From: Octopus bimaculoides
Taxonomy: Eukaryota
DNA length: 45,442 nt
Reading direction: 5' to 3'
Assembly: GCF_001194135.2 (NCBI RefSeq)
Contig: NC_068996.1
Coordinates: 37,529,208 to 37,574,649 of the forward strand
Part shown: positions 12,721 to 25,044 of the stretch, one piece after another
Layout: each line of letters opens with the position of its first letter
How positions within the stretch are numbered: position 1 is the stretch's first letter
The notes under the pieces: generated by a model
What the model was told of the DNA's origin: nothing
The model's database searches: none
What the model saw: the letters and a program-made list of their open reading frames with translations, nothing else
Position numbers and translations under genes: made by a program

Positions 12721-13253
12721 GGCGTAGGAGTGGCTGTGTGGTAAGTAGCTTGCTTACCAACCACATGGTTCCAGGTTCAGTCCCACTGTGTGGCACCTTG
12801 GGCAAGTGTCTTCTACTATAGCCTCAGGCCGACCAAAGCCTTATGAGTGGATTTGGTAGATGGAAACTGAAAGAAGCCTATCATATATATGTATATATAT
12901 ATATATATATGTGTATATATNNNNNNNNNNNNNNNNNNNNNNNNNNNNNNNNNNNNNNNNNNNNNNNNNNNNNNNNNNNNNNNNNNNNNNNNNNNNNNNN
13001 NNNNATATATATTTATATATATATATATGTATGTGTGTGTATATGTTTGTATGTCTGTGTTTGTCCCCACTAACATCGCTTGACAACCAATGCTGGTGTG
13101 TTTACGTCCCCATAGCTTAGCGGTTCGGCAAAAGAGACCGATAGAATAAGTACTAGGCTTACAAAGAATAAGTCCTGGGGTTGATTTGAATGACTAAAGG
13201 CGGTGCTCCAGCATGACCGCACTCAAATGACTGAAACAAGTAAAAGAGTAAAA
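12721..13253 (+). mobile_element. SINE family A (tRNA-like head, internal (TA)n/(TG)n, A-rich tail), full length
   Basis: ggcgtaggagtggctgtgtggtaag...ggttcagtcccactg head; ends gactgaaacaagtaaaagagtaaaa; about 10 copies in the window. Confidence 0.88.
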
Positions 13254-13255
13254 CG

Positions 13256-13475
13256 TAATATTGATTTCATATTTTGACACAGGGCCAGTAGTTTTGGGGA
13301 AGAGTGTAAGTTGATTACACTGACCCCAGTACATAACTGGTACTTATTTTATTGACCCTGAAAGGATGAAAGGCAAAGTTGACTCCAGCAGTGTTTGAAC
13401 GCAGAACATTAAGTCAGAAGAAATGAAGCAAAGCAATTTGTCTGGTATACAAACAGTTCTACCAGCTCTCCGCCT
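13256..13475 (-). mobile_element. SINE family B, tail-to-tail with SINE A
   Basis: gaccccagtac..ctggtacttattttattgaccctgaaaggatgaaaggcaaagttgac core. Confidence 0.8.
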
Positions 13476-13749
13476 CAGTGAAACATGTAATACTGAATTC
13501 AAATATTAAGTATTATATATATTATAGAAAATATCTTAAATAAAATTTTGAAATGTCAATTAAAAATATAGAACAAACATGCAAAAAATAAAAACTTAGT
13601 TATGTTTTGTATTTCGTTTCATTTCCTAATTTAATTGCAGAAATCTTCAAAAACTAGAAGTAATCTATCAAGTATGGATATTTAAATATCTATGTATCTA
13701 TATATACACACACATAAATAAGTAGAAAGAAAAAAAAATATATATATAT

Positions 13750-14870
13750 CCATCCAGCCATCTTTTCCACCCACTATTCTAGGGGTAGGTCATGGGGAGT
13801 AGAGTCTTCAGGCACTTCTTCCATAGGGTCCTACTTGTAGCAAAGGCCATTAGGATTTGTAGCTTGATTCCCAAGCATGAGCAACTGAGACTATGAATGT
13901 TATCCTACTATCTCATTCTTGGTTTTCCCTTATGTCACTCACCAGTTGGCTCAGCTTAAAGAATCTGTCTTGTGATTCTTTTATGTGACATTGTGAATCA
14001 CATGTTTGTAATACCTGAGCTATGACTTCTCAATGTGGAGAAGCAGCAGCTCAGTTTTGAGTGACTCCCTGATCCCTAATCTATGAACCATGTTGAGTAA
14101 TGTTACTCCAGAGTCCTTCAAAGAAACCCTCATCTTGGCTCTTTGTATTTGCAATGGTACTCTTTCAATCATTATCCAACATTTATGACCATAGGTGAGG
14201 ATAGGCACAGAAACCAAATTGAAGACAGTAAGTTTGGCCTTTTTACCAATTTTTCCTCTTCTGAGAATTGAATGCTGGAGTTTAAAAGGTAAAAGGTAAA
14301 GGTTACCTTCTTGAGTCATACTGGCTCATAAGGGCTGATTTCTCAGCTTCCATGGCATATAAATTCCTCATCTGCATGGGATACCAGACCGTCACAAGAT
14401 TATACATTTTTGCTAGTTGAGTGAACTGGAGCAATGTGAAATGAAGTGTTTTGCTCAAGAACACAATGCATTGCTGGGTCCAGGAATCAAAACCACAATC
14501 TTACAGTCATGAGTCCAACACCCTAACCACTAGGCCTCGTGCCTCCACAGTGCTGGAGTTACACATCACTCTGAAATTCTAGCATCCAGTTCTGCCTCCT
14601 GCTTCCCATCACTCATAAAAATGGCCCTGAGATACTTAAACTTATTCATTTGTTTCAGTGATGTTCCACTATCATGCAGGCAAAGCACACTGAGAAGATT
14701 TTCTTGAGAGGACCAATGTGTCAGTCTTTGCAACACTAATTTTCATTCCAGCCATGTAGCACTCAGCAACAAACCCATTCAGTGCATGCTAGAGATTGCC
14801 ATCTGATGAACTAAGTACTACCATGTTGTCTACAGTCGCCATATTTAATTCCATAACAGCTACCTCTGAA
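13750..14870 (-). mobile_element. Decayed RTE-clade LINE 3' fragment (RT C-terminal part), split by a SINE
   Basis: Translations DNMVVLSSS..L*HALNGFVAEC.MAGMKIS..KT...L, KFKYL..IF.SDGKQE.E.DARI and KAKLTVFNLVSVPILTYGHKCWIM.ER...IQ.A.M...LLLHIEKS fit RTE/Rex3-like RT motifs; contains stops and frameshifts. Confidence 0.88.
14283..14550 (-). mobile_element. tRNA-head SINE with (TACCTT)n-like tail and 10-bp target-site duplication
   Basis: Flanked by tgctggagtt at 14273-14282 and 14551-14560; head with A/B-box-like motifs; related bodies at ~28700-28890, ~33690-33970 and ~35890-36230. Confidence 0.85.
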
Positions 14871-14988
14871 GAGCACAGGGTTACATAATTGAACTGTTAC
14901 CTAGCACTCCATTGAATGCTAGTGCAAAACAAATTGGTAAGATCGGCCATAATGGATACTGTACACTTCGATTAATATGTGTATGTGT

Positions 14989-15032
<44 letters not shown>

Positions 15033-15869
15033 CATCATCAGTACCTACTTTTCTATGCCTATATAAGCTGGAGAGAATTCGTTGAGGTGGATTTTCTACA
15101 GCTGGATGCCCTTCCTGTTGCCAACTGTCACTTGTTTCCATGTAAGGAAATATTTCCCCTTCATCAGATATGTTTTCACCAAATATTGGAAACAAAAGAC
15201 ACTGCTAGTATGATGGTGACACTTGTTTACAACTATCATACAAAATCAAAGCAATCCGAGTGTAAAACACACACACACACACACAAGGCATTGGTCTATC
15301 CAGGGTTATAGCAGAAGATACTTGCCTCAAGGTGTCACACAGTTGGATTAAACCCAGAGTCATAAAGTTGAGAAGCAAATCTCTTACTCACAGACCTTCA
15401 CCAGCACCAATCAAATATGAAAAATCATTCTGTGATTATTCAGCTTAAATCATAAACTTTTATGATTCCTAAGTGCTGTATTACAGTCAGGTACACATCC
15501 AGTTGACCAAGAGGACCATATTTATATCATTAAGGCATTGCAGTACTGTGCAATAACGTTAATGTAAAATTGATATGAGCTCAAAACAATTAAAAATGCT
15601 TGCACAGTGACTTTACGGTCAGCCATAAATAACTGTGGGGTGTAATCACAACAAGAAATGGACTTCTGAGTGATGCTTATAAGTAATTTGAAGAGCTTAA
15701 TTGTCTACAAGTGAAGGTATTTCTAGTTTCTCTTTTCCATTTCTCTTCTACTATACCTTATTCCATTTCAACTTATTACCCTTGCATTTTGCATGTGTGT
15801 GTGTGTGTGTGTGCAGTAGAATATGGGGTGAGAATGTATGCATATAACATACATACATAGATAAACATA

Positions 15870-15872
15870 TAC

Positions 15873-15906
<34 letters not shown>

Positions 15907-15934
15907 ACATATACACACATACATACATATGTAC

Positions 15935-16011
<77 letters not shown>

Positions 16012-16030
16012 CATATATATATGCATGTAT
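15870..16030. repeat. Compound (TG)n/(TA)n microsatellite
   Basis: Direct inspection. Confidence 0.95.
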
Positions 16031-16059
16031 GTTTATGCATATATGTATATCTTTATGTT

Positions 16060-16250
16060 TGTGTCTGTCTCTTCACTGCTTGACAAATGGTATTGGCTTG
16101 TTTACATCCCCATAGCTTAGTGGGTTGGTAAAAGACCCCAATAGAATAAGTACTAGGCTTAAAAAATAAAAACTGGAATCAATTCCTTTGACTGAAACCC
16201 TCCAAGGTGGTGCCCCAGCATGACCGTAGTCTTATGGCTAAAACAAATAA
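16060..16250 (+). mobile_element. SINE family A, 3' half after a long (TA)n
   Basis: cttgacaaatggtattggcttgtttacatccc...gatagaataagtactaggctt-like body. Confidence 0.75.
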
Positions 16251-16477
16251 TCTTCTTCAGACTAAACAGGAAAAATGTAGTAACTGTAAGAGTGATGTGT
16301 TGAGTTCAACTTCTAAGACAAGTGTCAAAATAACATTCAGTAAACCACCTGATTACTAAAGAAATCAATAGCAGATGTGTTAGAAGATGTACATGTCAAG
16401 ATGTGTGCTGGATAAATGAAAGTGCATGTGTAAACAGTGCTTTGAATTATAAGAATTAGACAGAAGAGGAATCAAAC

Positions 16478-16667
16478 CTGAGTGATGTTTGTTGCAATAA
16501 TATTAGGGTTTGAATCACACAGTTCTTTAAAATTTTCAAGACCTTTTTGTCGAACACGCCAATCATTAGCAGAAAGAAGTTTGTTCATTTCTTTTATTTC
16601 TTCTTGTACCATTTCAATATTTTTATATGATATCGGTCGTTTTGCACTAGCATGAACATTTACTAAG
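16478..16667 (-). CDS. TOGARAM1: TOGARAM1 exon, start of TOG4
   Basis: cccattgcag|C TTA ... ACT CAG|gtttga; 190 nt, LVNVHASAKRPISYKNIEMVQEEIKEMNKLLSANDWRVRQKGLENFKELCDSNPNIIATNITQ; L.A.DWR.R..G HEAT A motif. Confidence 0.93.
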
Positions 16668-16855
16668 CTGCAATGGGGGAAAAAAAAAGAGAAAGATGTG
16701 TGGTTTATAAATTGTCAGTATGTTTTATGTTTTATGTTTTGCAAGATTCTTGATGTGAAATCCTGCGTTGAAACAGAAATTTGTTATACAAGGGGATGGT
16801 CATATTTTACTGATTAAACATACACACACTATATATTTTTGCCTGTCGCTTCAGC

Positions 16856-16917
<62 letters not shown>

Positions 16918-16923
16918 TATTAT
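16856..16923. repeat. (TAT)n microsatellite
   Basis: Direct inspection. Confidence 0.95.
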
Positions 16924-17072
16924 CAGTATCACCATCATTATAATTGTTTCTTTGTTAAAGCTCATTTTTTCACACATCCTGTGACCTCTTTAGCCACTCT
17001 TTGTTCGACATGTCTCCTCTTGTTCTACTTATTCTACTTCATGTGATGAAAGAGCTTTGACAAAGAACCTAA

Positions 17073-17114
<42 letters not shown>

Positions 17115-17139
17115 TATAATTATAATAATGATAATAATA

Positions 17140-17505
17140 ATAACAAGAGCACTCAGAGAGCACAAAGCAATACAAACATCCTCTCATAGATTAGCCAGAG
17201 ATTATTTTTAATATAAGAATATCTGAAATAAACTCAACTGCTCTCACAAACGAGATTACTAAAAATGAACCCGACCGCTCTCAAAAATTAAGTAAAAAAA
17301 CAGGAAAAATAATCCAGAATCCTTGTTCAGTATCGGATCAAACCCAAAATCTAATCAGTTTGTGCCAGTCACGAGGCCAAACATCCCTGAAAGTTTCATC
17401 TGAATCCATCCAGCTGTTCTTGAGATATCTTGTCCATGGATAAACAAACAAGCAAACACGACTGAAAACAATACTTCCACCTTCGCTAAGGCAGAGGTAA
17501 TAATA
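17140..17505 (+). mobile_element. Short interspersed repeat with 3' hairpin, possibly Helentron/HINE-like
   Basis: Starts aacaagagcactcagagagc after (AAT)n; ends with an imperfect hairpin acttccacctt-cgct-aaggcagaggt then aat; the same terminus recurs at ~25445-25465. Confidence 0.45.
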
Positions 17506-19645
17506 AAGCTGAAGTGAAAACCCAAAATATATAGTGCATGTGTTTAATCAGCAAAATATGACCATCTCTATGTATAACAATAAATTACAAATACATAACA
17601 GTTAGTAAGAGAAAGAAACTGGGTACTAAGGATGCAGCACCTTGTGTGGGAAGTTTTATTCTTCTTTATGTAAAGAATGTCTCAACATTTTGAGAATAAT
17701 CTAATAGTAATATTCATATCTATAACATCCATTAAAGATTGCAAAGAAAATCTTTGGTACTTCCCTTTGCATTAAAGCATTCCATCTAAGCAGTCAACTC
17801 TAGATCTGACTCCCTGAAAAAAAATCTTATGATGATCCTTACATGAGAATTTTTGTGTTAAAAGTATGTGTTCCTTATCTTATTCTAAATTAGAGGCCTC
17901 TGAGCCCCCCCTCCCCCACCAAACATTGTGCAATAAAACACAACACGAGGGGATTAACACACCATGCACTAGATTGTATTTAGCTTGCTATCACCATGAT
18001 TAATGCTCAAATAGATAAGACAGCAAAGTGGGTGGAAACAGCCAAACTACCTCGCTGTATTTAATACACTCCAACACAGAGCTCTTTTACTGTGTCTTCA
18101 ACACTATTTCTATACATCTGATGATATATAGTTGATGTAAGCAACTTAAAAAATAAACAACTTACTATCTGACAAATAACAACAAATAGTTGTTATGCAT
18201 TTTACACTTACAAGTAACAACAAATAGTTGTTGTGCATTGTACACTTACAAGTAAGATCTAAATACCTTATTAATAGGTGTTATGTGGGAAAAGCAATAT
18301 ACTTTCAATTAATCCTTTGTAAAATATGATAAACTAAATACATGCTTAATTCAAGTAAAGATATTAGTCAGTTAAAGCTTGGTATTAAAGGAACAACATA
18401 AAAAAACATTAATTGTTGTTCTATAGAGGAAATTTAATTATTTGAGATTAATTACGTTTTATGAAATAAACATGTTTAACAATATGAATAAATCTTTCAA
18501 TGACTGTAAGACATTTCAAGTCAATTTGCATTTATTTTTCTATGCTAACAAATAATTAGATACTTCTGAAAAGAAAGAAAAAAAAACTCATTAATTATTA
18601 ATCATCATCATCATCCCCCACTGCCTCCTCCTCCTCTACCACCGTCACCTCACCTCCTCTCATCATCATCATCATTTTACATGTTTTCCATACTAACATG
18701 GTTAGATGCATTGTCAAAATCCAAGTCATTTCTTACTTGGAGTCACTGTCCTCCATAGTAGTCAAAGAATCATGTTTTGCTTGTATGCTCCATTTTTTGG
18801 CCATTATTTCTACCACTGGATCCATCTCTTAATGCCAGCCAACTTACAGAGTGTAGCAGGGCACATTTTATTGTGGTCCCAATTCTAGAGAGGTTGTCAT
18901 GCCTGCAGCAAGACTAAAGTGTCTTCTGTATCCTATTTTGACTCTGCCCATCATTTATCAATCACTTTATCTTGGCAAGATTAAAGAGCCCTTTATTTAC
19001 TCTACGTTGTCACTGTTCTTTCAAGATAGACATGATGAAGAGGATAAACAGAAGAGAGAAAGAGAATGATGATTGAGGGGCTGAAAGAAGTGAGAGTATA
19101 AATATGAGGTGGAGAAACAGAGTGAGAGTAGCAAGATGGTATTAGGAGAGGGACAAATGGAAAAAAAGACAGTGATAGCTAAATATTGATTTCAAATTTT
19201 GACACAAGGCCAGAAATTTTGAGGGAGGGGGTAAGTCGATAATATTGACCCAGTGTTCAATTGGTACTTATTTTATTGACCCTGAAAGGATGAAGTGCAA
19301 AGTGGACCTCGGTGGAATTTGAACTTAGAATGTGAAGGAGGATGATGTGGAGAAGAGAGGCAGATATTTTGTGAGGAATTATATCTATAATACATGTCTT
19401 TAGAATCCCAGTCTGCCATGGTCAAAGAAAATGTTCATCTAGAGCTGGACACTAATTTGTGACTAATTAACATAGAATGAGCTCTCTCACAACATGCAAT
19501 GTGTTATGGCACAGATGATACCACATAGTATACAATGTATTGAGGAGCAACTCTCATTATGTAATATATAAGAGGCAGTAAAACAGAAGCAACCATGTAG
19601 CATATATATTTTTTAACAGCGTATTATATTATTTAGCATAAGTAC

Positions 19646-19678
<33 letters not shown>

Positions 19679-19778
19679 GTGATGATGACATTATGAAAAC
19701 AAATTTGACTATCTCCTTATTTACACTGGAAGAATAGTGAGAATTGCTTCAATAACAGAATGTAAAATAAACATTTAC

Positions 19779-19864
19779 CTTGCAGCAGATCCAGTCCTTG
19801 ATGAGGACAAAGACTTTGCTGAATGTGGAGCAGATGATATGTCATAAGACATTTCAACCAAACC
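19779..19864 (-). CDS. TOGARAM1: TOGARAM1 TOG3-TOG4 linker exon
   Basis: atttgtag|GGT TTG ... GCA AG|gtaaat; 86 nt, GLVEMSYDISSAPHSAKSLSSSRTGSAA(S); resembles GLGEIPLDTPSAK; phases fit. Confidence 0.9.
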
Positions 19865-20849
19865 CTACAAATGTGAAATATTTTTCAGTCATGTTACATT
19901 AGAATTAGAAACACAGACACACAGACACAAGAAAAAAGAAAAAACAATGCATGTAGTAGTGATTCTGGCATTTTCCAATTAATAGACACTTGCCTGTTTT
20001 CAAACATTGATGTAACCTACGAATTTCTATGAGTTTATTACTGCCCTACTTTGAAATCTCACCTGAAATACCATCACATCCCAAACACTCACTTGCTTAA
20101 CTCAATCATATATTTATTCAAATAGAAATGATTGATATCACACAACAAAATAGTTGAAATAAGAGATAAAAGCAACAATTTGTTTCTGGCAAATAACAAC
20201 ACATAACTATTATGCCTGCTGGAGAAACATTCTTAGATTTAATTAATCCTTCATTAAATGTTATGAAAAAGAATTCTATTGTCTTTTACATGTCTTCCAA
20301 TTTAGGAAATCCTATAACATTTATGAAGAATTTGTTTTCAGTATCATAAGGTGTATTAGAGAGCAACTGAAATATTTTAAGAGTCATACATTAGAAATTG
20401 TGAACTTTGTCTGATTTTATGGCATCAATGTGCTTTGAAGCAAATACAGTGTGTTTCAGTAGAATAGTGGTAGCTACATGGTTAAAAGTAAAATCTACAG
20501 ACTTGTAGTACTTCTGACCTTATTGTTGGTGTGAAACTGAGGACATAATTTTGAAAACAGATACAAAGCTTCATATCTTCATTATGTGACAATTCTTCAG
20601 TAACAACTGAAGTCTGGCATCATAAAAACATTAAAAAACAAAACAATGAGTGGTACATAGAGTAGTCTTATACAAATGATGAACTGACATGATTTAGCTA
20701 CACTAAACCTGATAATGGTTGCAATTACACCTGCTTTCGGATATCTCAAATGATACATGTCTCTTGATAAAAATCAGAATTTACTCAAAGCCCTATAGAT
20801 TATGTGTCTTTCCTTTTTTTTTCAAAGATGTAAATAGCACCATTTGAGC

Positions 20850-21160
20850 CAGTGGCACATGAAAAAACATTCGAGCGAGGTCATTGCCAGTGCCGCTGGA
20901 CTGACTCCTGTGCAGATGGCATGTAAAAAACACCATTTTGAGCATGACCATTGCCAGTACCGTGTGACTGGCCCTCATGCCGGTAACACAAAAAGCACCC
21001 ACTACACTCTTGGGTTAGGAAGGGCATCTAGCTGTAGAAACTCTGTCAGATCAGATTGGAGCCTGGTGCAGCCATCTGGTTCGCCAGTCCTCAGTCAAAT
21101 CATCCAACCCATACTAGCATGGAAAGTGGACGTTAAACGATGATGATGACGACGATGATG
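20850..21160 (+). mobile_element. Repeat family C (SINE or LINE 3' end with (GAT)n tail)
   Basis: Ends catccaacccatactagcatggaaagtggacgttaaacgatgatgatga; more than 10 copies, e.g. 15030-15265, 18655-18900, 31590-31810, 34380-34775, 36545-36830, 36940-37160, 37985-38200, 38510-39850, 43735-44360. Confidence 0.8.
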
Positions 21161-21548
21161 TTTCAATGTTGTTTGAAGGAATTAGACCATAATTTCTAAC
21201 AAATAGAATGAAATCACTTTGCAGTAGGGGTAATTGGAGCAAAATAGAGACACATTATATAAACAAAAAGTTGACAGATATGTACAAACACAGATACACA
21301 TATACAAAGTGGTAAAAAAGAAAATGACAAACAAGTGCAGATGAATGCATAAAACTCCTCATTCCTTTCAGTTTTGGCTGTTTTATTTGTCCTGTACAAT
21401 ATTTTGCTTTAACAGAATAAGAAATACAAACTACAAATAAAACTTAATTTGTATAACATGATTTCTAAGAGAGGCTAATGCTAACATTTATTATTAAAAA
21501 AATAGCATGTTAAAAAGGAATAAGAAGGAAAACAAGTAGTTTTCTCAC

Positions 21549-21675
21549 CTTTTTATTCAAATTTTCTATTTGACTTTTCATGGTATTAATAGATTCAGAA
21601 GGAAGGTATTTCTCTAGCTGTTGTTCCAAACTTGGGTTTTCCATCAACAAAAAAAGAATTTCTTTACCATGATAT
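21549..21675 (-). CDS. TOGARAM1: TOGARAM1 exon, end of TOG3
   Basis: ttcttttag|A TAT ... AAA AAG|gtgaga; 127 nt, YHGKEILFLLMENPSLEQQLEKYLPSESINTMKSQIENLNKK; resembles YYGRKMLFFMMCHPNFEKMLEKYVPSKDL. Confidence 0.93.
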
Positions 21676-22334
21676 CTAAAAGAAAATATTTCAGTGACAA
21701 ATATAACTGTTTTTCATTTAGTAAAAACCTGCCATATCTGGCCTCTAACAACAACCCTACAATGTCATTCTAAATAAAAAAAACAATCATGTCACTAAAG
21801 TCTCTAAGCTACAAGATTATGCATGATTGATTCAAAATCATGTGAATAAATATTAGATCTGACAGAGTTAACTGAACACTAAACAGTTAAACACTAGAAT
21901 ACTTACTAAAGCTGTTATGTAGCAAAACATTTTTACCTGTTTTCCAAGCTGGAATGAGTTGGATGGGTTGACTAGAGCTGGCAAGTCAGAAGACTGCACC
22001 AAGCTCTACTGTCTGCTTTAGTATACAAAACCCAAACCAAAACACTGCACAAGCCTTAAGTGCAAAGGTCTGAGTTCAATTATCTTGTAGAAACAAGAGT
22101 ACGAAAATATTTCACAGATAATGATCATAAGACAAGTATGTGGAACACGATTGTCACTACCACTACATAAACCTGATGATTATGTAACACATGAAAGTAC
22201 TAGTTCTATCACAGTAAATATATAATATTCTATTATTATAACACTGTAAAATTATAAAAATTGTAAATAATAAAACGTGAAAATCAGACTAGGTTGGAAT
22301 TTCATTGATTAATATATTCTTCTATGCACCATCC

Positions 22335-22480
22335 ATCCATCTCTATATCTATATCTATCTATCTATCTGTCTGTCTGTCTGTCTGTCTGACATTCACTTT
22401 ATCTGTTATTCTATCTATCTATCTATCTATCTATCTATATTTATATCTATATCTATCTATCTATCTATCTATATCTATAT
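22335..22480. repeat. (TCTA)n/(TCTG)n microsatellite
   Basis: Direct inspection. Confidence 0.92.
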
Positions 22481-22771
22481 ATATAAAAATGAGAATGTGT
22501 GTCTGTCTGTCTGTCTGTGTGAATCCCTAAAACTCAAGAACTACGCAACCAATTTCATTCAAATTTTACAGATGCCTTACTTAGGGTTCCAGTTGTGTTT
22601 TAGTCAAAAAACATTTTTAACTTCTTGCAGAGTTCGAGCCCACGGCAACATAATATCTCCTCCATTATTTAAGTATTACGTGTCAAAAGTGAAACAAAAA
22701 CACTCATGTCAAATACTTCCACTTTAAAAATGAAATTATTCCACTAACTGAAATAATCACATTTTGATACT

Positions 22772-22841
<70 letters not shown>

Positions 22842-23669
22842 NNNNNNNNNNNNNNNNNNNNNNNNNNNNNNNNNNNNNNNNNNNNNNNNNNNNNNNNNNN
22901 NNNNNNNNNNNNNNNNNNNNNNNNNNNNNNNNNNNNNNNNNNNNNNNNNNNNNNNNNNNNNNNNNNNNNNNNNNNNNNNNNNNNNNNNNNNNNNNNNNNN
23001 NNNNNNNNNNNNNNNNNNNNNNNNNNNNNNNNNNNNNNNNNNNNNNNNNNNNNNNNNNNNNNNNNNNNNNNNNNNNNNNNNNNNNNNNNNNNNNNNNNNN
23101 NNNNNNNNNNNNNNNNNNNNNNNNNNNNNNNNNNNNNNNNNNNNNNNNNNNNNNNNNNNNNNNNNNNNNNNNNNNNNNNNNNNNNNNNNNNNNNNNNNNN
23201 NNNNNNNNNNNNNNNNNNNNNNNNNNNNNNNNNNNNNNNNNNNNNNNNNNNNNNNNNNNNNNNNNNNNNNNNNNNNNNNNNNNNNNNNNNNNNNNNNNNN
23301 NNNNNNNNNNNNNNNNNNNNNNNNNNNNNNNNNNNNNNNNNNNNNNNNNNNNNNNNNNNNNNNNNNNNNNNNNNNNNNNNNNNNNNNNNNNNNNNNNNNN
23401 NNNNNNNNNNNNNNNNNNNNNNNNNNNNNNNNNNNNNNNNNNNNNNNNNNNNNNNNNNNNNNNNNNNNNNNNNNNNGATTTCAAGGCCTTCCCAGATGAG
23501 AGACTGGCATTACACTTAATGTCTATGTTCCATGCTGGCATGGATTGGAGAGTTATTAATGTAGAAATATGGTATCGTAGCTACTAACAGTTGAGGGTTG
23601 CGTAGTCTAGACAGCGTTTTTAGATTTCATTATTCTCTTTAACCCGGGCAAAGCCGGGTATTTCTGCTA

Positions 23670-23670
<1 letters not shown>
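22474..23670 (+). mobile_element. Non-autonomous Helitron (spans N-gap 22842-23477)
   Basis: 5' A|TCTATATATATAAAAATG; 3' hairpin acccgg-gcaaag-ccgggt (23642-23659) then atttctgCTAG|T; A/T insertion site, no TSD. Joining the two halves across the gap is inferred. Confidence 0.78.
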
Positions 23671-23713
<43 letters not shown>

Positions 23714-25044
23714 AAGGCAGCTATAAGCAATAAAAAACCAAAAAGGAAAAATTCAATTGTCACTAATTGTGACTGACGGTGCAGGGTAGCACCTACATTG
23801 CTAGAAATAAGAGCTGAAAGTCCTTAGGGGCACAAAGAAGCACACATCTATGTACTGACAGGGGAAATAACCACCCCACAGTGAGAAAGATCATCATACT
23901 AGTCTAGTTTCATTTTGAATCAAAAGCTCATCAGTGATCACTACTCCATCACTGAAGAGTTTGGCTAAATCCCAACTGTCACTATATAGTATTTACCATA
24001 TGAATGAATGGCTGATACAACAAAATGGTAATGTGAAAATTATAAAGTAACTAAGGTGGCTATATGCAATATAAAACCAAAAAGGAAAAATTCAATTGTC
24101 ATTAATTGTGACTGACAGTGCAGAGTAGCACCTACAAAACTCTATGCAATTTTTGATCAATCTAAAAATAATAGTAAAATCATAAAAATATCAGTTTTAA
24201 TATATTTTAATAAGATATTGCTTTAATTGTTCTGATTGCTCACTCATGCTCAAAACCTACAGCTAACTTTCTACAGCTCTCAATCACTGTAATCACCTCC
24301 TCTCTGACTTGTCTTCACATTCAAACCCAGATTCACTTCTTTGTCACTTCCAACCATTAGTCTAACGTTCACTTGCTCTTGTGACAACACTGTTAGTGCA
24401 CTTATAAATTTTCAAGAATTGAAGGGAATATTATAACCTTTTGCAAGAAGAATAAACTGAAGCACTTTCCTATTTTCCTATTTATTTTATAACTAATATT
24501 TCTTATAAATGTTATCTCACTAATTATTCCATTTCCTCTTCAAATTCTACTATTTTTGTATGTTATGATCTTTCTTTAAATTTAGGAAAGGATACACTGG
24601 ACAATGTAGTCTTAAATATACAAAAAGAATTGAGATAAAAGACACTAAAGGATTACACAAACTATGTGAAAACTGTCTGACATAGCAATAATAATGATTT
24701 CTAAGATTATGTGAACATTGTTCGAAAATAATTATTTGAAAACAATTATTCAAAAAACATTTATTCAAATGGAAAATTGTATGAATGAAAATTATTCAAA
24801 AGGACAATTATACGAAATGTTAATTATTCTAAGATTAAGAAGCAAGTACACAAATGATATATATTTCAAATAACTGTTTCCGAATAATTGTTTTCGCACA
24901 ATTTTCATGATACGGATTTCAAATATAAAGTCATTTTCAGGGAAGTGACTAGTTTTTATTTTTATTGACCCTAAGGTGAACTTGACCCCAGAATGTAAAG
25001 AGATATAATGATATAACTAAAATAATAATAATAATAATAATAAT

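Noticed and set aside
12721-12800. tRNA gene-like A/B boxes
   Set aside because: These are SINE heads continuing into SINE bodies; no cloverleaf.
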